Source of the DNA: Gammaproteobacteria bacterium
GTDB lineage: Bacteria > Pseudomonadota > Gammaproteobacteria > Eutrophobiales > Eutrophobiaceae
Assembly (NCBI GenBank): GCA_965222155.1
Contig: CBDCTH010000012.1
Location: 1,824,001 to 1,888,000 of the forward strand
Length of the DNA stretch: 64,000 bases
Reading direction: 5' to 3'
Positions 23,221 to 34,054 of the stretch are shown piece after piece. The position numbers were made by a program, and so were the translations under genes. The notes under the pieces are model-generated. The model did not search any database. It worked only from the letters and a program-made list of their open reading frames with translations, and had not been told where the DNA came from. Position 1 is the stretch's first letter. Each line of letters begins with the position of its first letter.

Positions 23221-24513
23221 TCATTGCTCCAGCCTATTACGGTAAACCTTGCCGCCTTTCATCACCAGCAGGATATTGCGTAATGCCTTGATGTCTTTGG
23301 TCGGGTCCTTGTCCACGGCAACGAGATCGGCGTATTTGCCCGACTCCAGTGAACCGATCTCACCCTCCGCCTCCAGCAGTCTGGCAGTTTCTATGGTTGC
23401 CGAGCGCAGTGCCTGTAGCGGCGTCATGCCGGCTTCGACATAGTATTGCGCCTCGCGGGCGGTTGCCGTGGTCCCGTCATTGGGTTCGGAAGGCAACTGG
23501 TCGGTACCCAGGGCAATGTTGACCCCTTCTTCAATAGCCATCTCCAGTGCCTTCCAGTGTGACTTACCGGCGGAATTACGCCGTTCCAGGTACCACGGAG
23601 GAGAACCGATCCGCTCAAAAAACGGCTGTGTTGCGGGCGCGGTGACAACGATGGTAGGCACCAGCCAGGTGCCGTGTTCTTTCATTTTCTTCAGGGTCTT
23701 TCGATCCAGGAAATAACCGTGTTCGACACAATCAAGCCCGGCGTCTACGGCAATGTCCGTCGCTGCCGGGGACCCGGAGTGGGCCGTCACCTTCACACCG
23801 AAGCGATGGGCCGCATCGATCACTGCATGGATTTCCTCGGGCGTCATCAACGCCGCGGCAAGACCGCCGCCGTCGGTCGCTATCCCGCCCGATATCAGTA
23901 TCTTGAGCCACTTAGCCCCGGCGCTGATCTGTGTGCGCGCCGCTTTTACCAGTTCGTCCGGGCCGTCATAACTCTTCTTTCCCGGCTTTTTCGAACCGTG
24001 TCCCGCGGTAATGGTGAGCGTTTCGCCAGCGCTGAAGATACGCGGACCGTCGGCCTGACCCTTGTTTATCGCTCTCATCAAGGCCAGGTCGGCATGGGCC
24101 CGGCTACCCGTCAGGCGAATAGTGGTGACGCCGGCCTGCAGGCTTTCACGCGCGTTCGCAGCCATGCGCAGTGCCAGTGCCGCCTCGCTTTCATTGTACA
24201 GTTCAGCCGTCATCTTGCCGGGCATAACGAGGCCTAGGTGGACGTGCATATTCATCAGGCCGGGGATCAGCCAAGTACCCCTGGCGTCTATCTGTTCGGC
24301 CCCATCCGGGACGTTCACGCTGCCTGCTTCGCCGATTGCTGCGATCCTGTCCCCTTCAACGAGAATAACGGCATTCTCAATCGGCGCTTTACCCTCCAGG
24401 TCTACCACCGTGCCACCGACAATGGCAGTGGCTACAGCCGTATCTGCGGCCTGGGCTGATATCGCAAGAAAAATCAGAAATATAATGCTGAATTGTGACT
24501 GGGTTAAATTCAT
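23221..24513 (-). CDS. Secreted metal-dependent amidohydrolase (Xaa-Pro dipeptidase/imidazolonepropionase-like), copy 2
   Basis: PGLMNMHVH, VTAH, VEHG, ALGTD and GKYADL motifs; signal peptide from MNLTQ. Confidence 0.9.
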   Translation of the reverse strand: MNLTQSQFSIIFLIFLAISAQAADTAVATAIVGGTVVDLEGKAPIENAVILVEGDRIAAIGEAGSVNVPDGAEQIDARGTWLIPGLMNMHVHLGLVMPGKMTAELYNESEAALALRMAANARESLQAGVTTIRLTGSRAHADLALMRAINKGQADGPRIFSAGETLTITAGHGSKKPGKKSYDGPDELVKAARTQISAGAKWLKILISGGIATDGGGLAAALMTPEEIHAVIDAAHRFGVKVTAHSGSPAATDIAVDAGLDCVEHGYFLDRKTLKKMKEHGTWLVPTIVVTAPATQPFFERIGSPPWYLERRNSAGKSHWKALEMAIEEGVNIALGTDQLPSEPNDGTTATAREAQYYVEAGMTPLQALRSATIETARLLEAEGEIGSLESGKYADLVAVDKDPTKDIKALRNILLVMKGGKVYRNRLEQ

Positions 24514-24593
24514 TTCACTTGCCTCCAGTTCGGGTATGGCACCCTCTCCGTGCCATCCGGTATGTCGCAAACCGGGGGGCAGGCTTAGTGTCC

Positions 24594-24625
24594 GGGGACG
24601 GATTTCAAATCCGTCCCCTTTTTTT
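24594..24625. repeat. Perfect palindrome GGGGACGGATTT-C-AAATCCGTCCCC with adjacent T-run (REP-like or terminator)
   Basis: 12-bp arms, located between the two amidohydrolase genes. Confidence 0.65.
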
Positions 24626-24633
24626 ATTTATTA

Positions 24634-25920
24634 CTACAGCTTATTACGGTAGACCTTGCCGCCTTTCATCACCAACAGGATATTGCGCAGTGCCTTGATG
24701 TCTTCCGTGGGATCCTTGTCTACTGCTACGATATCGGCATATTTGCCCTCTACCAGCGAACCGATCTCATCGTCCGCCTCCAGCAACCTGGCAGTCTCTA
24801 TGGTTGCGGAGCGCAAGGCCTGCAGCGGCGTCATGCCTGCTTCCACGTAGTATTGCGCTTCGCGCACGGTTGCCGTGGTCCCGTCATTGGGTTCGGAAGG
24901 TAACTGATCCGTACCCAGAGCAATATTGACCCCTTCTTCAATGGCCATCTGAAGTGCCTGCCAGTGCGCCTTGCCGGCAGAGTTACGCCTTTCCAGGTAC
25001 CATGGAGGGGAACCAATCCGTTCAAAAAACGGTTGTGTTGCGGGTTGGCTAACGACGATAGTCGGCACCAGCCAGGTGCCGTGCTCTTTCATTTTCTTGA
25101 GGGTCTTTCTATCAAGAAAATAGCCGTGTTCAACACAATCAAGCCCGGCGTCTATGGCGATATCCGTCGCCACCGGAGAACCGGAATGGGCCGTCACCTT
25201 CGCCCCGAAGCGATGAGCCGCGTCAATTACTGCGTGTATTTCCTCGGGCGTCATCAGGGCATTGGCAAGACCTCCACCATCGGTGGCTATACCGCCCGAT
25301 ATGAGTATCTTGATCCATTTTGCCCCGGCGCTGATCTGCGTACGCGCCGCCTTTACCAGTTCGTAGGGGCCATCATAATTTTTCTTCCCATCCTTTTTCG
25401 AACCGTGCCCTGCAGTAATAGACAGCGATTCGCCGGAGCTGAATATTCGGGGGCCATCGGCCTGACCTTTATTTATTGCCCTCATCAGGGCCAGGTCGGC
25501 ATGAGCCCGATCGCCCGGCAAACGAATGGTAGTCACACCGGCCTGCAGGCTCTCCCGCGCCGCTGCAGCCATGCGCAGAGCCAGTGCCGCTTCGGATTCG
25601 TTGGCCAATTCCGCTTTCATCTTACCGGGTAGAACAAGACCGAGATGAACGTGCATATTCATAAGACCGGGGATCAGCCAGGTACCCTTGGCGTCTATCT
25701 GCTCGGCCCCGTCAGGGATTTCCACACTGCCGGCTGCGCCGATTGCCGCGATCCTGTCCCCCTCAACGACAATAACAGCATTTTCAATCGGTGCTTTACC
25801 GTCCAGGTCTACCACCGTGCCGCCGACAATGGCTATAGTCCCGGCAGCGTTTGCAACCTGGACAAATGCTGTGAGAAAAACTATAAAAACAACGCTGATG
25901 TGTGTGCGGGACATATTCAT
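24634..25920 (-). CDS. Secreted metal-dependent amidohydrolase, copy 1 (tandem paralog)
   Basis: Same motifs; highly similar to 23221..24513 apart from the signal peptide. Confidence 0.9.
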   Translation of the reverse strand: MNMSRTHISVVFIVFLTAFVQVANAAGTIAIVGGTVVDLDGKAPIENAVIVVEGDRIAAIGAAGSVEIPDGAEQIDAKGTWLIPGLMNMHVHLGLVLPGKMKAELANESEAALALRMAAAARESLQAGVTTIRLPGDRAHADLALMRAINKGQADGPRIFSSGESLSITAGHGSKKDGKKNYDGPYELVKAARTQISAGAKWIKILISGGIATDGGGLANALMTPEEIHAVIDAAHRFGAKVTAHSGSPVATDIAIDAGLDCVEHGYFLDRKTLKKMKEHGTWLVPTIVVSQPATQPFFERIGSPPWYLERRNSAGKAHWQALQMAIEEGVNIALGTDQLPSEPNDGTTATVREAQYYVEAGMTPLQALRSATIETARLLEADDEIGSLVEGKYADIVAVDKDPTEDIKALRNILLVMKGGKVYRNKL

Positions 25921-25962
25921 TTCAAGTTACCTCCCCCTATATGGTATGACACGGTTCCCTCT

Positions 25963-26002
25963 GTCATTCCGGCTTCCGCGTTATGGCGAAAGCCGGAATC
26001 TC
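25963..26002. repeat. REP-like palindrome GTCATTCCGGCTT...AAGCCGGAATC; relatives at 23184-23210 and 61977-62031
   Basis: Intergenic stem-loops beginning GTCATTCC (or its complement) located near gene ends. Confidence 0.6.
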
Positions 26003-26024
26003 CTCCATGTACAAGAAAAACAGA

Positions 26025-28325
26025 CTACTCGCCGTATGTATATCTCATGCGAATGCCGTAAGTCCGGAAGGACGGTTCAACTGACATACCGCTGGCCCAG
26101 GCCTTGACGTAGGCGTTCGGGTAATAATTACTATCAAACAGGTTCTCTGCATACCCGGTTATGGTAAAGTTCTTGTGGCGAATGCCGGCACGCAGGTTGA
26201 AGAAATCGTAGCTGGGCACATCATAGGGAAAGCCCTCGTGTATCAGCCCGGCAACATTGGTTTTAGTCCCGTCTCTATAAGTCCACTCAAGTTGGGCGAA
26301 ACCATCGTAATTCGGACTGATATTAAACATATATTCGGCGTCCGCAGCCAGGGTCCACTCGGGGGCTAGAGGCGTCCTCTGGCCATCCAATACATTATTC
26401 TGCCCTTCAATAAAGATAACGGCTTCGTCAAACTTTGCGCTCAGATAACCGATGTCTAAATTCACTCTGAGGTTATCGATGGGTAAGGCAGTAAGTGAAA
26501 ACTCAACGCCTTTGGAAATCGCGGATTCTGCGTTACTGACGATATCAAATCCCGCCAACGCGCCATCTATCACTACGAATTGCAGAAAATCCGCCTGCAT
26601 ATCAGTCCATTTCATGTAAAACACGGAAGCGTTGAGTCTCAGTCTGTTATCAAAAAGGTCCGCCTTTACACCGAGTTCATAGTTCCACATAGTCTCCGGT
26701 TTAAAGAACCGCGTCAGTTCCTCGGAACCGGTCTCAAGCGAAATTATTGCAGCATCGGTATTTATGCCGGCAGACTTGAAACCCTTTGAGATCGTTCCAT
26801 AGAGGTTAATGTCATCGGTGACACCATAGTTAACCGAGAACCGTGGAGAGAAATTAGTAAATTTTTGCTTGACCGTAGCGATTTGCCTGAAAGTTGCTGC
26901 AAGATAATTAACATCCGCATCCATAGTTTCTTCACTGTACCGTCCACCCAGGGAAATAGTCAGATTTTCCGTGAACTCCGCGTCAAACTGTCCGAATACG
27001 CCCCAAGTTTCAATCCCTTCAAAGTCATTTCCGTCACTGACAGCTATACCTGCAGGCGCTCCAAACCCATTATCCACGCCGGTAAAGGTTTTACTCCTGA
27101 TATGTCCGTTGTCATCGGCATACAAGGCCCCTATATTCCACTGAAAGCGACCTTCATTGGTGTTCTGTATACGTACTTCCTGGCTGAAGCTGTCGCGTTC
27201 AATATTCCGAAATTCATTCCATGCATCAATACTGGCGCCATCCACGTCGCCATTCAGGTAAAAGTCGGAGTTGATATAGCCGGAGATGCTCGTGAACAAC
27301 ACGTCCCCCAGTTCATAATCCACTCGCCCGGTTATCATCCGGTAATTGGTACCCACGTTCTGGGGATGGTCAAAATTCACCCTGTTTCTGTTTTCAGGAT
27401 AAAACCCGACTCCATCATGAAGCGGCTCCCGGATACCATCATTATTGGCATCCGGAAATCTTATGCTGTCTCTCTGAAAAAGAAAATTACCAAAATTCGA
27501 GAATACACCCGACGGGACGCCTTCGCGCATACCCGCTTTCTCAGAGACAAGCGTTCCCGTGATATCTACCGTCAGGTTTTCGGTAGGGGTGAAACGAATT
27601 ATCGATCTGGCGTATTTATACTCCGAGTCATTACCACCGCCGATAGGATTGATATTTTTGATATTCCCGTCAGATTCGGTATATTTGATGTTACCGCGCA
27701 CAGCCAGAACGTCTTTCACGATTGGGAGGTTCACAATAGCTTCAACGTCCTTGGTGTCAAAGCGGGAATAATCCACCATGACAGACCCCGCCAGGTCGTT
27801 ATGGGGTTTTTTTGAGGTAATACTTATGCCGCCTGCCAGGGCATTCCTGCCGAAGTAAGTCGCCTGGGGGCCGCGCAACACCTCTATGCGCTCGACGTCC
27901 AAGATAGGCGGGTTGCCTGAACTGCCAATGATACTGAAATCATCCAGGTAAAAAGCAAACGTGGAAGGTCGCATCGTGCGATTGACATTCAACAGGTTCG
28001 TCGCTCCCCGAATGGCCAGTTCCCGCCGTGACTTGGAACCGACAGAGGTCCAAGCAGCGTTGGGAGTGCGGACAAGATAATCCGTTACATCCTGAAACAT
28101 AAAAGACTCGACGGCATCGGCGCTGAACGCGGAGATACTGATCGGCACATCCTGCAGGTTCTGCTCGCGTCGTTGCGCGGTGACCACCACCTCTTCAATC
28201 CCGACGCTGTCCTGGGCAACGATAGCGCTCGAAAACCCCAGCAGCAGGATTCCGAAACTCGTGATCAACAGTCGCACAACGCTACCTGAATTATTATTAA
28301 TATTATTAACATTTTTTCTGCTCAT
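26025..28325 (-). CDS. TonB-dependent receptor
   Basis: IEEVVVTAQRREQNLQDVPISI, ERIEVLRGPQATYFG and terminal RTYGIRMRY motifs. Confidence 0.95.
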   Translation of the reverse strand: MSRKNVNNINNNSGSVVRLLITSFGILLLGFSSAIVAQDSVGIEEVVVTAQRREQNLQDVPISISAFSADAVESFMFQDVTDYLVRTPNAAWTSVGSKSRRELAIRGATNLLNVNRTMRPSTFAFYLDDFSIIGSSGNPPILDVERIEVLRGPQATYFGRNALAGGISITSKKPHNDLAGSVMVDYSRFDTKDVEAIVNLPIVKDVLAVRGNIKYTESDGNIKNINPIGGGNDSEYKYARSIIRFTPTENLTVDITGTLVSEKAGMREGVPSGVFSNFGNFLFQRDSIRFPDANNDGIREPLHDGVGFYPENRNRVNFDHPQNVGTNYRMITGRVDYELGDVLFTSISGYINSDFYLNGDVDGASIDAWNEFRNIERDSFSQEVRIQNTNEGRFQWNIGALYADDNGHIRSKTFTGVDNGFGAPAGIAVSDGNDFEGIETWGVFGQFDAEFTENLTISLGGRYSEETMDADVNYLAATFRQIATVKQKFTNFSPRFSVNYGVTDDINLYGTISKGFKSAGINTDAAIISLETGSEELTRFFKPETMWNYELGVKADLFDNRLRLNASVFYMKWTDMQADFLQFVVIDGALAGFDIVSNAESAISKGVEFSLTALPIDNLRVNLDIGYLSAKFDEAVIFIEGQNNVLDGQRTPLAPEWTLAADAEYMFNISPNYDGFAQLEWTYRDGTKTNVAGLIHEGFPYDVPSYDFFNLRAGIRHKNFTITGYAENLFDSNYYPNAYVKAWASGMSVEPSFRTYGIRMRYTYGE

Positions 28326-28353
28326 ATTCCTCCCCTCTCTGACGTGGCATTTG

Positions 28354-28899
28354 CTATTGAGTATCTGTGGACATGGCCACCGCATCAGCGGCAGCCGGTT
28401 GGTTGTATCTCACAAAATTGATCAATGAGATCCTGCCGTCTTCTACAGCGGCATAACCCATTAAGTGAGAAAGCCGGTCTGCACCGTTAGCACGTGCGCG
28501 GACCAGGTGATAAGTAAAGATTCGGTCGCCGGACGCAGTTTCAAACTCCTCTTCGAACGGCAATACAATTTCTATCGATTCGGAACGCGCCTGGACGCCC
28601 CTGAAATGTTCGACCATGGGTTTGATGCCTCGCATCAGTTCATTGCCATTGATGATAATGGCCGCATCCTCGGTGTAATACTCACGAAAAGCCTCTTCCG
28701 TCAAGCCGTCGGGAGTATTCATGGCAGCGTTCCACCAGTCAAACATCCGTACCAGTACGTTGGCATCACTCTGTTCTGCGAAAACAGGAGTTCCCAACTG
28801 GCACAGCAACGTTATGAATATTATTTTTATAAAATAAATTATCAGCAGGCATCCCCTTACCAATGAGGCACGGAACTCGTCTACCCGTTCCGTTGACAC
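28354..28899 (-). CDS. Secreted NTF2/SnoaL-like protein (start uncertain)
   Basis: Signal-like segment, YYTEDAAIIING...GIKPMVEHF and DGRISLI pattern. Confidence 0.65.
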   Translation of the reverse strand: MSTERVDEFRASLVRGCLLIIYFIKIIFITLLCQLGTPVFAEQSDANVLVRMFDWWNAAMNTPDGLTEEAFREYYTEDAAIIINGNELMRGIKPMVEHFRGVQARSESIEIVLPFEEEFETASGDRIFTYHLVRARANGADRLSHLMGYAAVEDGRISLINFVRYNQPAAADAVAMSTDTQ

Positions 28900-29255
28900 G
28901 GGAGTCCCTGTCCCCTACCCAATATTTAGATTACGTGTAAGTTTAACCCACACATATTGTTGTTTCAATACATAACACAATAAAATATTGTTGGTTGTTC
29001 ACAACAATACAGGAAAATCTTTCATTGAGCCTCACCTGCGAACCAGACACCTGTAAATTGATGGATATTTTGGGTCAGAGTAAAAATACAGTCAGTTTGG
29101 CAAGTGGTAGTGGCTTGTTGTTGAGTATTTTTACTCTGACCCCATGCATTAGGTTATTGAGAAGTTACCTTTTCGCTGTTACCTTTTCGCTTGACAAGTC
29201 ACAGCCAATCCTTATATTAACCATCATCAGCTTAAGAAATTTCAGGAATTACGAC

Positions 29256-29486
29256 ATGGATAAGCAAACAGTCACTACAGTAGTATCCGTTGCACTTGGC
29301 GTTTTTACTATCATCGGTACAATCCTGCCCTCTGTATTCTGGTCCCACGGCAGGTTATCCGACCAGATTACAACCATAGAAACCCGTTTGGACGATATTG
29401 ACAACCGTCTTGTTGCGGTGGAAACCACCCTGGAAGTGCGTCAATACGGTCAATTCGTTGAACCTGAAGTTCCGGGTGGTTCCTGA
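29256..29486 (+). CDS. Small membrane-anchored coiled-coil hypothetical protein (76 aa)
   Basis: AGGA RBS before MDKQTV, one TM segment, heptads ITTIETRLDDIDNRLVAVE. Confidence 0.6.
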   Translation: MDKQTVTTVVSVALGVFTIIGTILPSVFWSHGRLSDQITTIETRLDDIDNRLVAVETTLEVRQYGQFVEPEVPGGS

Positions 29487-29536
29487 TCACTTCATCCCGT
29501 CATCAACATTAACCTGATTGAGGTTGGCTGGCCCGG

Positions 29537-31018
29537 TTAACGGGCTTTGTCTCCAATAAGCTTTTTGATGGGCTTTGCTGCCGCCAACAGCAACAGTCCC
29601 GACCCCATCGCTACGGCAATGATTTGCAGGAACAGACCCGGCATATCACTCAGTGATTCCGGGTCGAACCGCCCTGCCAGCAGGCCTGCAATCAGGTTAC
29701 CCAGTGCCGAACCGAGAAACCAGATGCCCATCATCTGACTCAGGAACCGCTTTGGTGAAAGTTTACTGATGGCGCTCAAACCTACGGGACTCAGGCATAA
29801 TTCACCGGTAGTGTGTAACAGGTAGGTGAAAAACAGCCATGTGGGTAGAACACTTTCTCCACCGGCCACGAAGCGGGACGCCAGGAATATGACAATAAAG
29901 CCAAGACCAAGCTGTATCAGTCCCAGCGCAAATTTTGTCGGCATGGACGGATCAAGATTTTGTTTCCCGAGATTTACCCACAGGGCCGCCATAAACGGAG
30001 CAAGGATCAGGATAAACATGGGATTCAGACTCTGGAACCAGCCTGCCGGTATGCTGAAACCCAGTATTTCCTTTTCCGTATAGCGTTGGGCGAACAGGTT
30101 CAGGGACGAGCCTGCCTGTTCGAAACCTGACCAGAATATGGCAGCAGCGATCACCAGGATAACAATGACGGCCACACAATTTCTTTCATCCCTGGTTAAT
30201 TCGCCGAACACAAAGATCCAGGTGAAATACAATGCCACAAGGGCAGTGATCAGGTAGGTGGAGTTTTGCGCCAGGCGCACCGGGTCGAAGCTGATAACTC
30301 CGGCTAAGCCCAGCAATACGGTAAAAATCACCAGACCCAGACCAGTGCCGATAATTAACCAGCCAAAACGCGGCGCGCTTCCGGTCCCGGTACCGTCGCG
30401 CAAATGGGCAGGATATACACCGGCGTCACGTAGGCGATAGCGAGTAAAACGGTACTGGATTAACCCCAGTAACATTCCGATTCCGGCAGCAGCAAACCCG
30501 TAGTGCCAACCGAACCTGTCATTTTCACCCAGAGTACTGCATACCAGCGGGCCAAGCATCGCTCCCAGGTTGATACCCATATAAAAAATGGTATATCCGG
30601 CATCCCTGTTGGACCCGCCCTGTGGATACAACTCACCGACGATGGCGCTGATATTCGGTTTCAACAAGCCGGTACCCAGGACTACCAGCATCAGACCGAT
30701 ATAGAAGGTCGGTTGCGCCGGGATGGCCAGGGTAAAATGCCCGAACATAATGACAATTCCCCCGTACCAGACGGCAGTCTGGGCGCCGATCATCCGGTCA
30801 GCTATCCAGCCACCCGGCAGTGCCGCCACGTAGACGGCTGCCGTGTACAAGCCGTAAATTGCAGTAGCCGTCACGTCATCCAGGCCGAGCCCGCCTTCAG
30901 CGATAGTGGTGGTCATGAACAGCACCAGCAAAGCGCGCATACCGTAATAACTGAAGCGCTCCCACATCTCCGTGAAGAACAGGGTACGCAGCCCCGGTGG
31001 ATGAACCTGCACCATCAA
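29537..31018 (-). CDS. POT/PTR family proton-dependent oligopeptide transporter
   Basis: EMWERFSYYG, GGWIADR, FYMGINLG and GELCLSPVG motifs. Confidence 0.95.
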   Translation of the reverse strand: MMVQVHPPGLRTLFFTEMWERFSYYGMRALLVLFMTTTIAEGGLGLDDVTATAIYGLYTAAVYVAALPGGWIADRMIGAQTAVWYGGIVIMFGHFTLAIPAQPTFYIGLMLVVLGTGLLKPNISAIVGELYPQGGSNRDAGYTIFYMGINLGAMLGPLVCSTLGENDRFGWHYGFAAAGIGMLLGLIQYRFTRYRLRDAGVYPAHLRDGTGTGSAPRFGWLIIGTGLGLVIFTVLLGLAGVISFDPVRLAQNSTYLITALVALYFTWIFVFGELTRDERNCVAVIVILVIAAAIFWSGFEQAGSSLNLFAQRYTEKEILGFSIPAGWFQSLNPMFILILAPFMAALWVNLGKQNLDPSMPTKFALGLIQLGLGFIVIFLASRFVAGGESVLPTWLFFTYLLHTTGELCLSPVGLSAISKLSPKRFLSQMMGIWFLGSALGNLIAGLLAGRFDPESLSDMPGLFLQIIAVAMGSGLLLLAAAKPIKKLIGDKAR

Positions 31019-32742
31019 TGAAAGGTTAAAGCAAGGGCATCAATGGGTATCGGACCTGCCTGCAAAACGCCGTCAACGAATTCGCGAGTGCTGAAATTGC
31101 CTCCTAGCCGGGCCTTTTCTTCCTGCCACAATTTCCTGAAACCATGAAATCCAAGAAAATAACTGGTGATCTGCAAGGGATTGTTCATTACCCGGTTCCA
31201 TAGATTAATTGCAAATTGTGGCGCCAGAAGTCCGCGTTGTGTAGCAAATTCCATGAGTTGGTCCTTGTCCCAGCCCTGAACATGCACCATGACGCTCACA
31301 TAAGCGCGCGTCGCATTTTCGAGGCGTTTCCTCAGGTGTGCAAGGCGCGTCAGTTTTTGGTAATCACCCCAGCCGGCATTCAGCATTAACTCTTCGCTGA
31401 AGGTGCCCCAACCTTCAACGTAGACACCATTGGCAAATAGAGAGCGTATGGCCGGCGCCGTGCTGACTGCCACCTTGTATTGCATGTAATGGCCCGGATA
31501 GATTTCATGGGCAATAATCATCGTGTTGAAGTGATTATTGAATGATCGGTAAAAACCGACTTTCTGTTGTGCAGGTGAATCATCGGGGATAGTGGGCAGA
31601 TAAAACAGCGTATCGGCGCCGGGATTAAACGGACCTGTCGGGTAGACGCCGCCATAGGCCGCACCGGAAAAGTGATCGGGTGACAGACCGATAAACAACG
31701 TGCGCGGAGCAGGTACCGTCGCCAGTTCTTTTTCAAAGAGAAACGCCTCTGCCCGCTCTGTCAACTGCGCGAAGAATTTCAGGAAATCCTGGCGATTGTC
31801 TGACCTGTCTTCTTCCATTACCGCCATAACCGATTGCAATAATTCATTCTCATCCGCCGGTATTTCTACCTGTGAATTTTGTTCTTTCCACCAGGCCCCT
31901 GCCTTGCCGATCATCAGCCTCCGTACTTCATCAATCTCTGATAAAGCGATATCCCTGAGTTGTGCCGGAGATAAATCACTATCCACGAAAATCCTTAACT
32001 TCCGTGCATAATCCTCATCGTCAAATTTGTCCGGAATGGAAGCCTGCGGCAAAATATTCTCGCGCAGGTGGCGTGTCAGACCATCCACAGAGCTGGTGGC
32101 ATCATGAACGACCTGCGCCACCTGATCGTGCTGTTTTCCTCCAGACCAGTCGCGACCCAGTCCCGGCAGACTGTCTTTATAAAACGCTGTTGTACGTTCG
32201 AGGATCTCTACGGCACGTTGTGTTCTTTCCCTGCTGCCATTTTGCAGTCTGTCTATTCCGAGTTCACACAATGATTGCACACCCTGAAGTCGTTGCACGG
32301 TAGCGTGCAGTTTTTCTTCAGGGGTCAGCTGTTCCCTTACCACGATATAGGTCAAGGCCTGGGAAATTAACTCAGCGTACCAGATGGGTTGATTTGCCAG
32401 CACCAGGTCATGCTGCCAACGCTCCAGTTCCAGCTTTATTTGACGGCGTAATACCCGTTCGTCAATACGCTCGTTTACGGACAGGTTTAAGAGAGAGTCG
32501 ATGTCTGTCAGGGTGTCATGATTATAGGCAATCCATTCTGCAACCCGCTCGGTGGAAAAGTTTTCAAATTCCCATGCTGCCGATCTGAGCCCGTTACTGA
32601 AAGCCTCGCTGGGGTAAAACGCGGCCCACCTTTTTATATAGGATTCAGATAAGGCATCCAGTTTTGAGCCTGCCTGCACCATCCCGGTGGACAAACAAAA
32701 AACTAGTGCCAGTGCGCATGAGAATATTTTTGATCCGGTCAT
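31015..32742 (-). CDS. DUF885 family secreted protein (metallopeptidase-like)
   Basis: HEIYPGHYMQ, YVEGWG and PLQITSYFLG motifs; overlaps the POT start. Confidence 0.88.
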   Translation of the reverse strand: MTGSKIFSCALALVFCLSTGMVQAGSKLDALSESYIKRWAAFYPSEAFSNGLRSAAWEFENFSTERVAEWIAYNHDTLTDIDSLLNLSVNERIDERVLRRQIKLELERWQHDLVLANQPIWYAELISQALTYIVVREQLTPEEKLHATVQRLQGVQSLCELGIDRLQNGSRERTQRAVEILERTTAFYKDSLPGLGRDWSGGKQHDQVAQVVHDATSSVDGLTRHLRENILPQASIPDKFDDEDYARKLRIFVDSDLSPAQLRDIALSEIDEVRRLMIGKAGAWWKEQNSQVEIPADENELLQSVMAVMEEDRSDNRQDFLKFFAQLTERAEAFLFEKELATVPAPRTLFIGLSPDHFSGAAYGGVYPTGPFNPGADTLFYLPTIPDDSPAQQKVGFYRSFNNHFNTMIIAHEIYPGHYMQYKVAVSTAPAIRSLFANGVYVEGWGTFSEELMLNAGWGDYQKLTRLAHLRKRLENATRAYVSVMVHVQGWDKDQLMEFATQRGLLAPQFAINLWNRVMNNPLQITSYFLGFHGFRKLWQEEKARLGGNFSTREFVDGVLQAGPIPIDALALTFH

Positions 32743-32784
32743 TTATCAGGACTGTTATACGGAAAGTTTATTGTTGTCATTCAG

Positions 32785-34038
32785 TCAACCCTGCGCCGGT
32801 TTTTCCCAGTCAGGATACTTGCCCAGGAAGGCGGCCAGAATGACGGCCAGGATATTGATCCCCACGCAAATCGTCAGGATACCTACATAAGAGCCGGTGG
32901 TATCGTAACCGATACCGAACGCGAGCGGTCCAATGGCCGTGCCTACCAATACGGCAGAGAACAGGAAGCCGTAGGTCGCGCCGAATGATTTCAGGCCGAA
33001 ATAACGTCCGGTCAGGTAGGCCAGCAAGTCCACTTCCGCGCCCAGGCTCAGCCCCACGCAGATGGCGCCGACGAATGCCATGGTATCCACCGCACCCAGC
33101 GCAAAGATGGCGATGCCGACTGCAGATAAACTGAAAAACACCATGGCGACGTAAGGCGCAAAGAAGCGATCGATCAGGTAGCCGATGACGATACGGCTGA
33201 AGAATACCGTGATGCCCTCCGTTGCCGCCACGGCAGCCGCGGTGCCGGTATCCATCCCCCGGTCCGAAAGCATAGGCACCAGGTGAGCCAGCATGCCGTT
33301 CAGTACGAACGACAGGACTATGAAGATCGAAACCAGCATCCAGAATTCACGATGTCTCAGGATTTCCTTCACCTCCAGTCCCACGTCTTTCCTGGTTGCT
33401 TCAGGCGGCTTGCCGGATACTTGTCCGTCAGGCATTAAACCCATCTCCGCGGGCGATTCTCTCAGGAAAAAGTAAACCAGCGGCAAGGCGATGAACAGGA
33501 CTATTGCGCTCAAGGCATAGTAGCCGTAACGCCAACCTGCGTTATCAACCAGGTACTGAATAAGCAACGGTACATAGGCATAACCCAAACCGATGCCGGC
33601 GATGGAAATGCCGATAGCAAGGCCGCGATATTTAAAAAACCAGGCGGATAATACAGGCATGTAAGGCACACTGTTTGTGCCCGCAGCGATAGTGCCGATG
33701 AGGAAAAAAATCAGCACCAGGTGCCAGAGTTCCGAGACAAAAGCGGGTATGGCCGCCAGGCACAGCGCGAATATGACCAGGGAAGGGAATAAAATGACTC
33801 GCGACCCCTTTTTATCCACATAGCGACCGATGATAGGAAGAGAAACGGCGGTTGCCGCAACCAGCAAGGTCAGACAGGCGCTGATCTGGGTCCGCTCCCA
33901 GCCGAATTCCGCTTCGAACGGGAGAATGAACAAACCCAGTGCGGCAAAAGCAAAGGGACCGGGGCCGGTAGAAATGCACAACATGGCTGCCCCGACTACA
34001 AACCAGCCGAAAAATATACCCTGTTTTTGTTGCTTCAT
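32785..34038 (-). CDS. MFS transporter (OFA/MCT-like)
   Basis: About 12 hydrophobic segments; GRYVDKKG and WFFKYRGLAIG motifs. Confidence 0.9.
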   Translation of the reverse strand: MKQQKQGIFFGWFVVGAAMLCISTGPGPFAFAALGLFILPFEAEFGWERTQISACLTLLVAATAVSLPIIGRYVDKKGSRVILFPSLVIFALCLAAIPAFVSELWHLVLIFFLIGTIAAGTNSVPYMPVLSAWFFKYRGLAIGISIAGIGLGYAYVPLLIQYLVDNAGWRYGYYALSAIVLFIALPLVYFFLRESPAEMGLMPDGQVSGKPPEATRKDVGLEVKEILRHREFWMLVSIFIVLSFVLNGMLAHLVPMLSDRGMDTGTAAAVAATEGITVFFSRIVIGYLIDRFFAPYVAMVFFSLSAVGIAIFALGAVDTMAFVGAICVGLSLGAEVDLLAYLTGRYFGLKSFGATYGFLFSAVLVGTAIGPLAFGIGYDTTGSYVGILTICVGINILAVILAAFLGKYPDWEKPAQG

Positions 34039-34054
34039 GCTTTTTGTCTCCGTT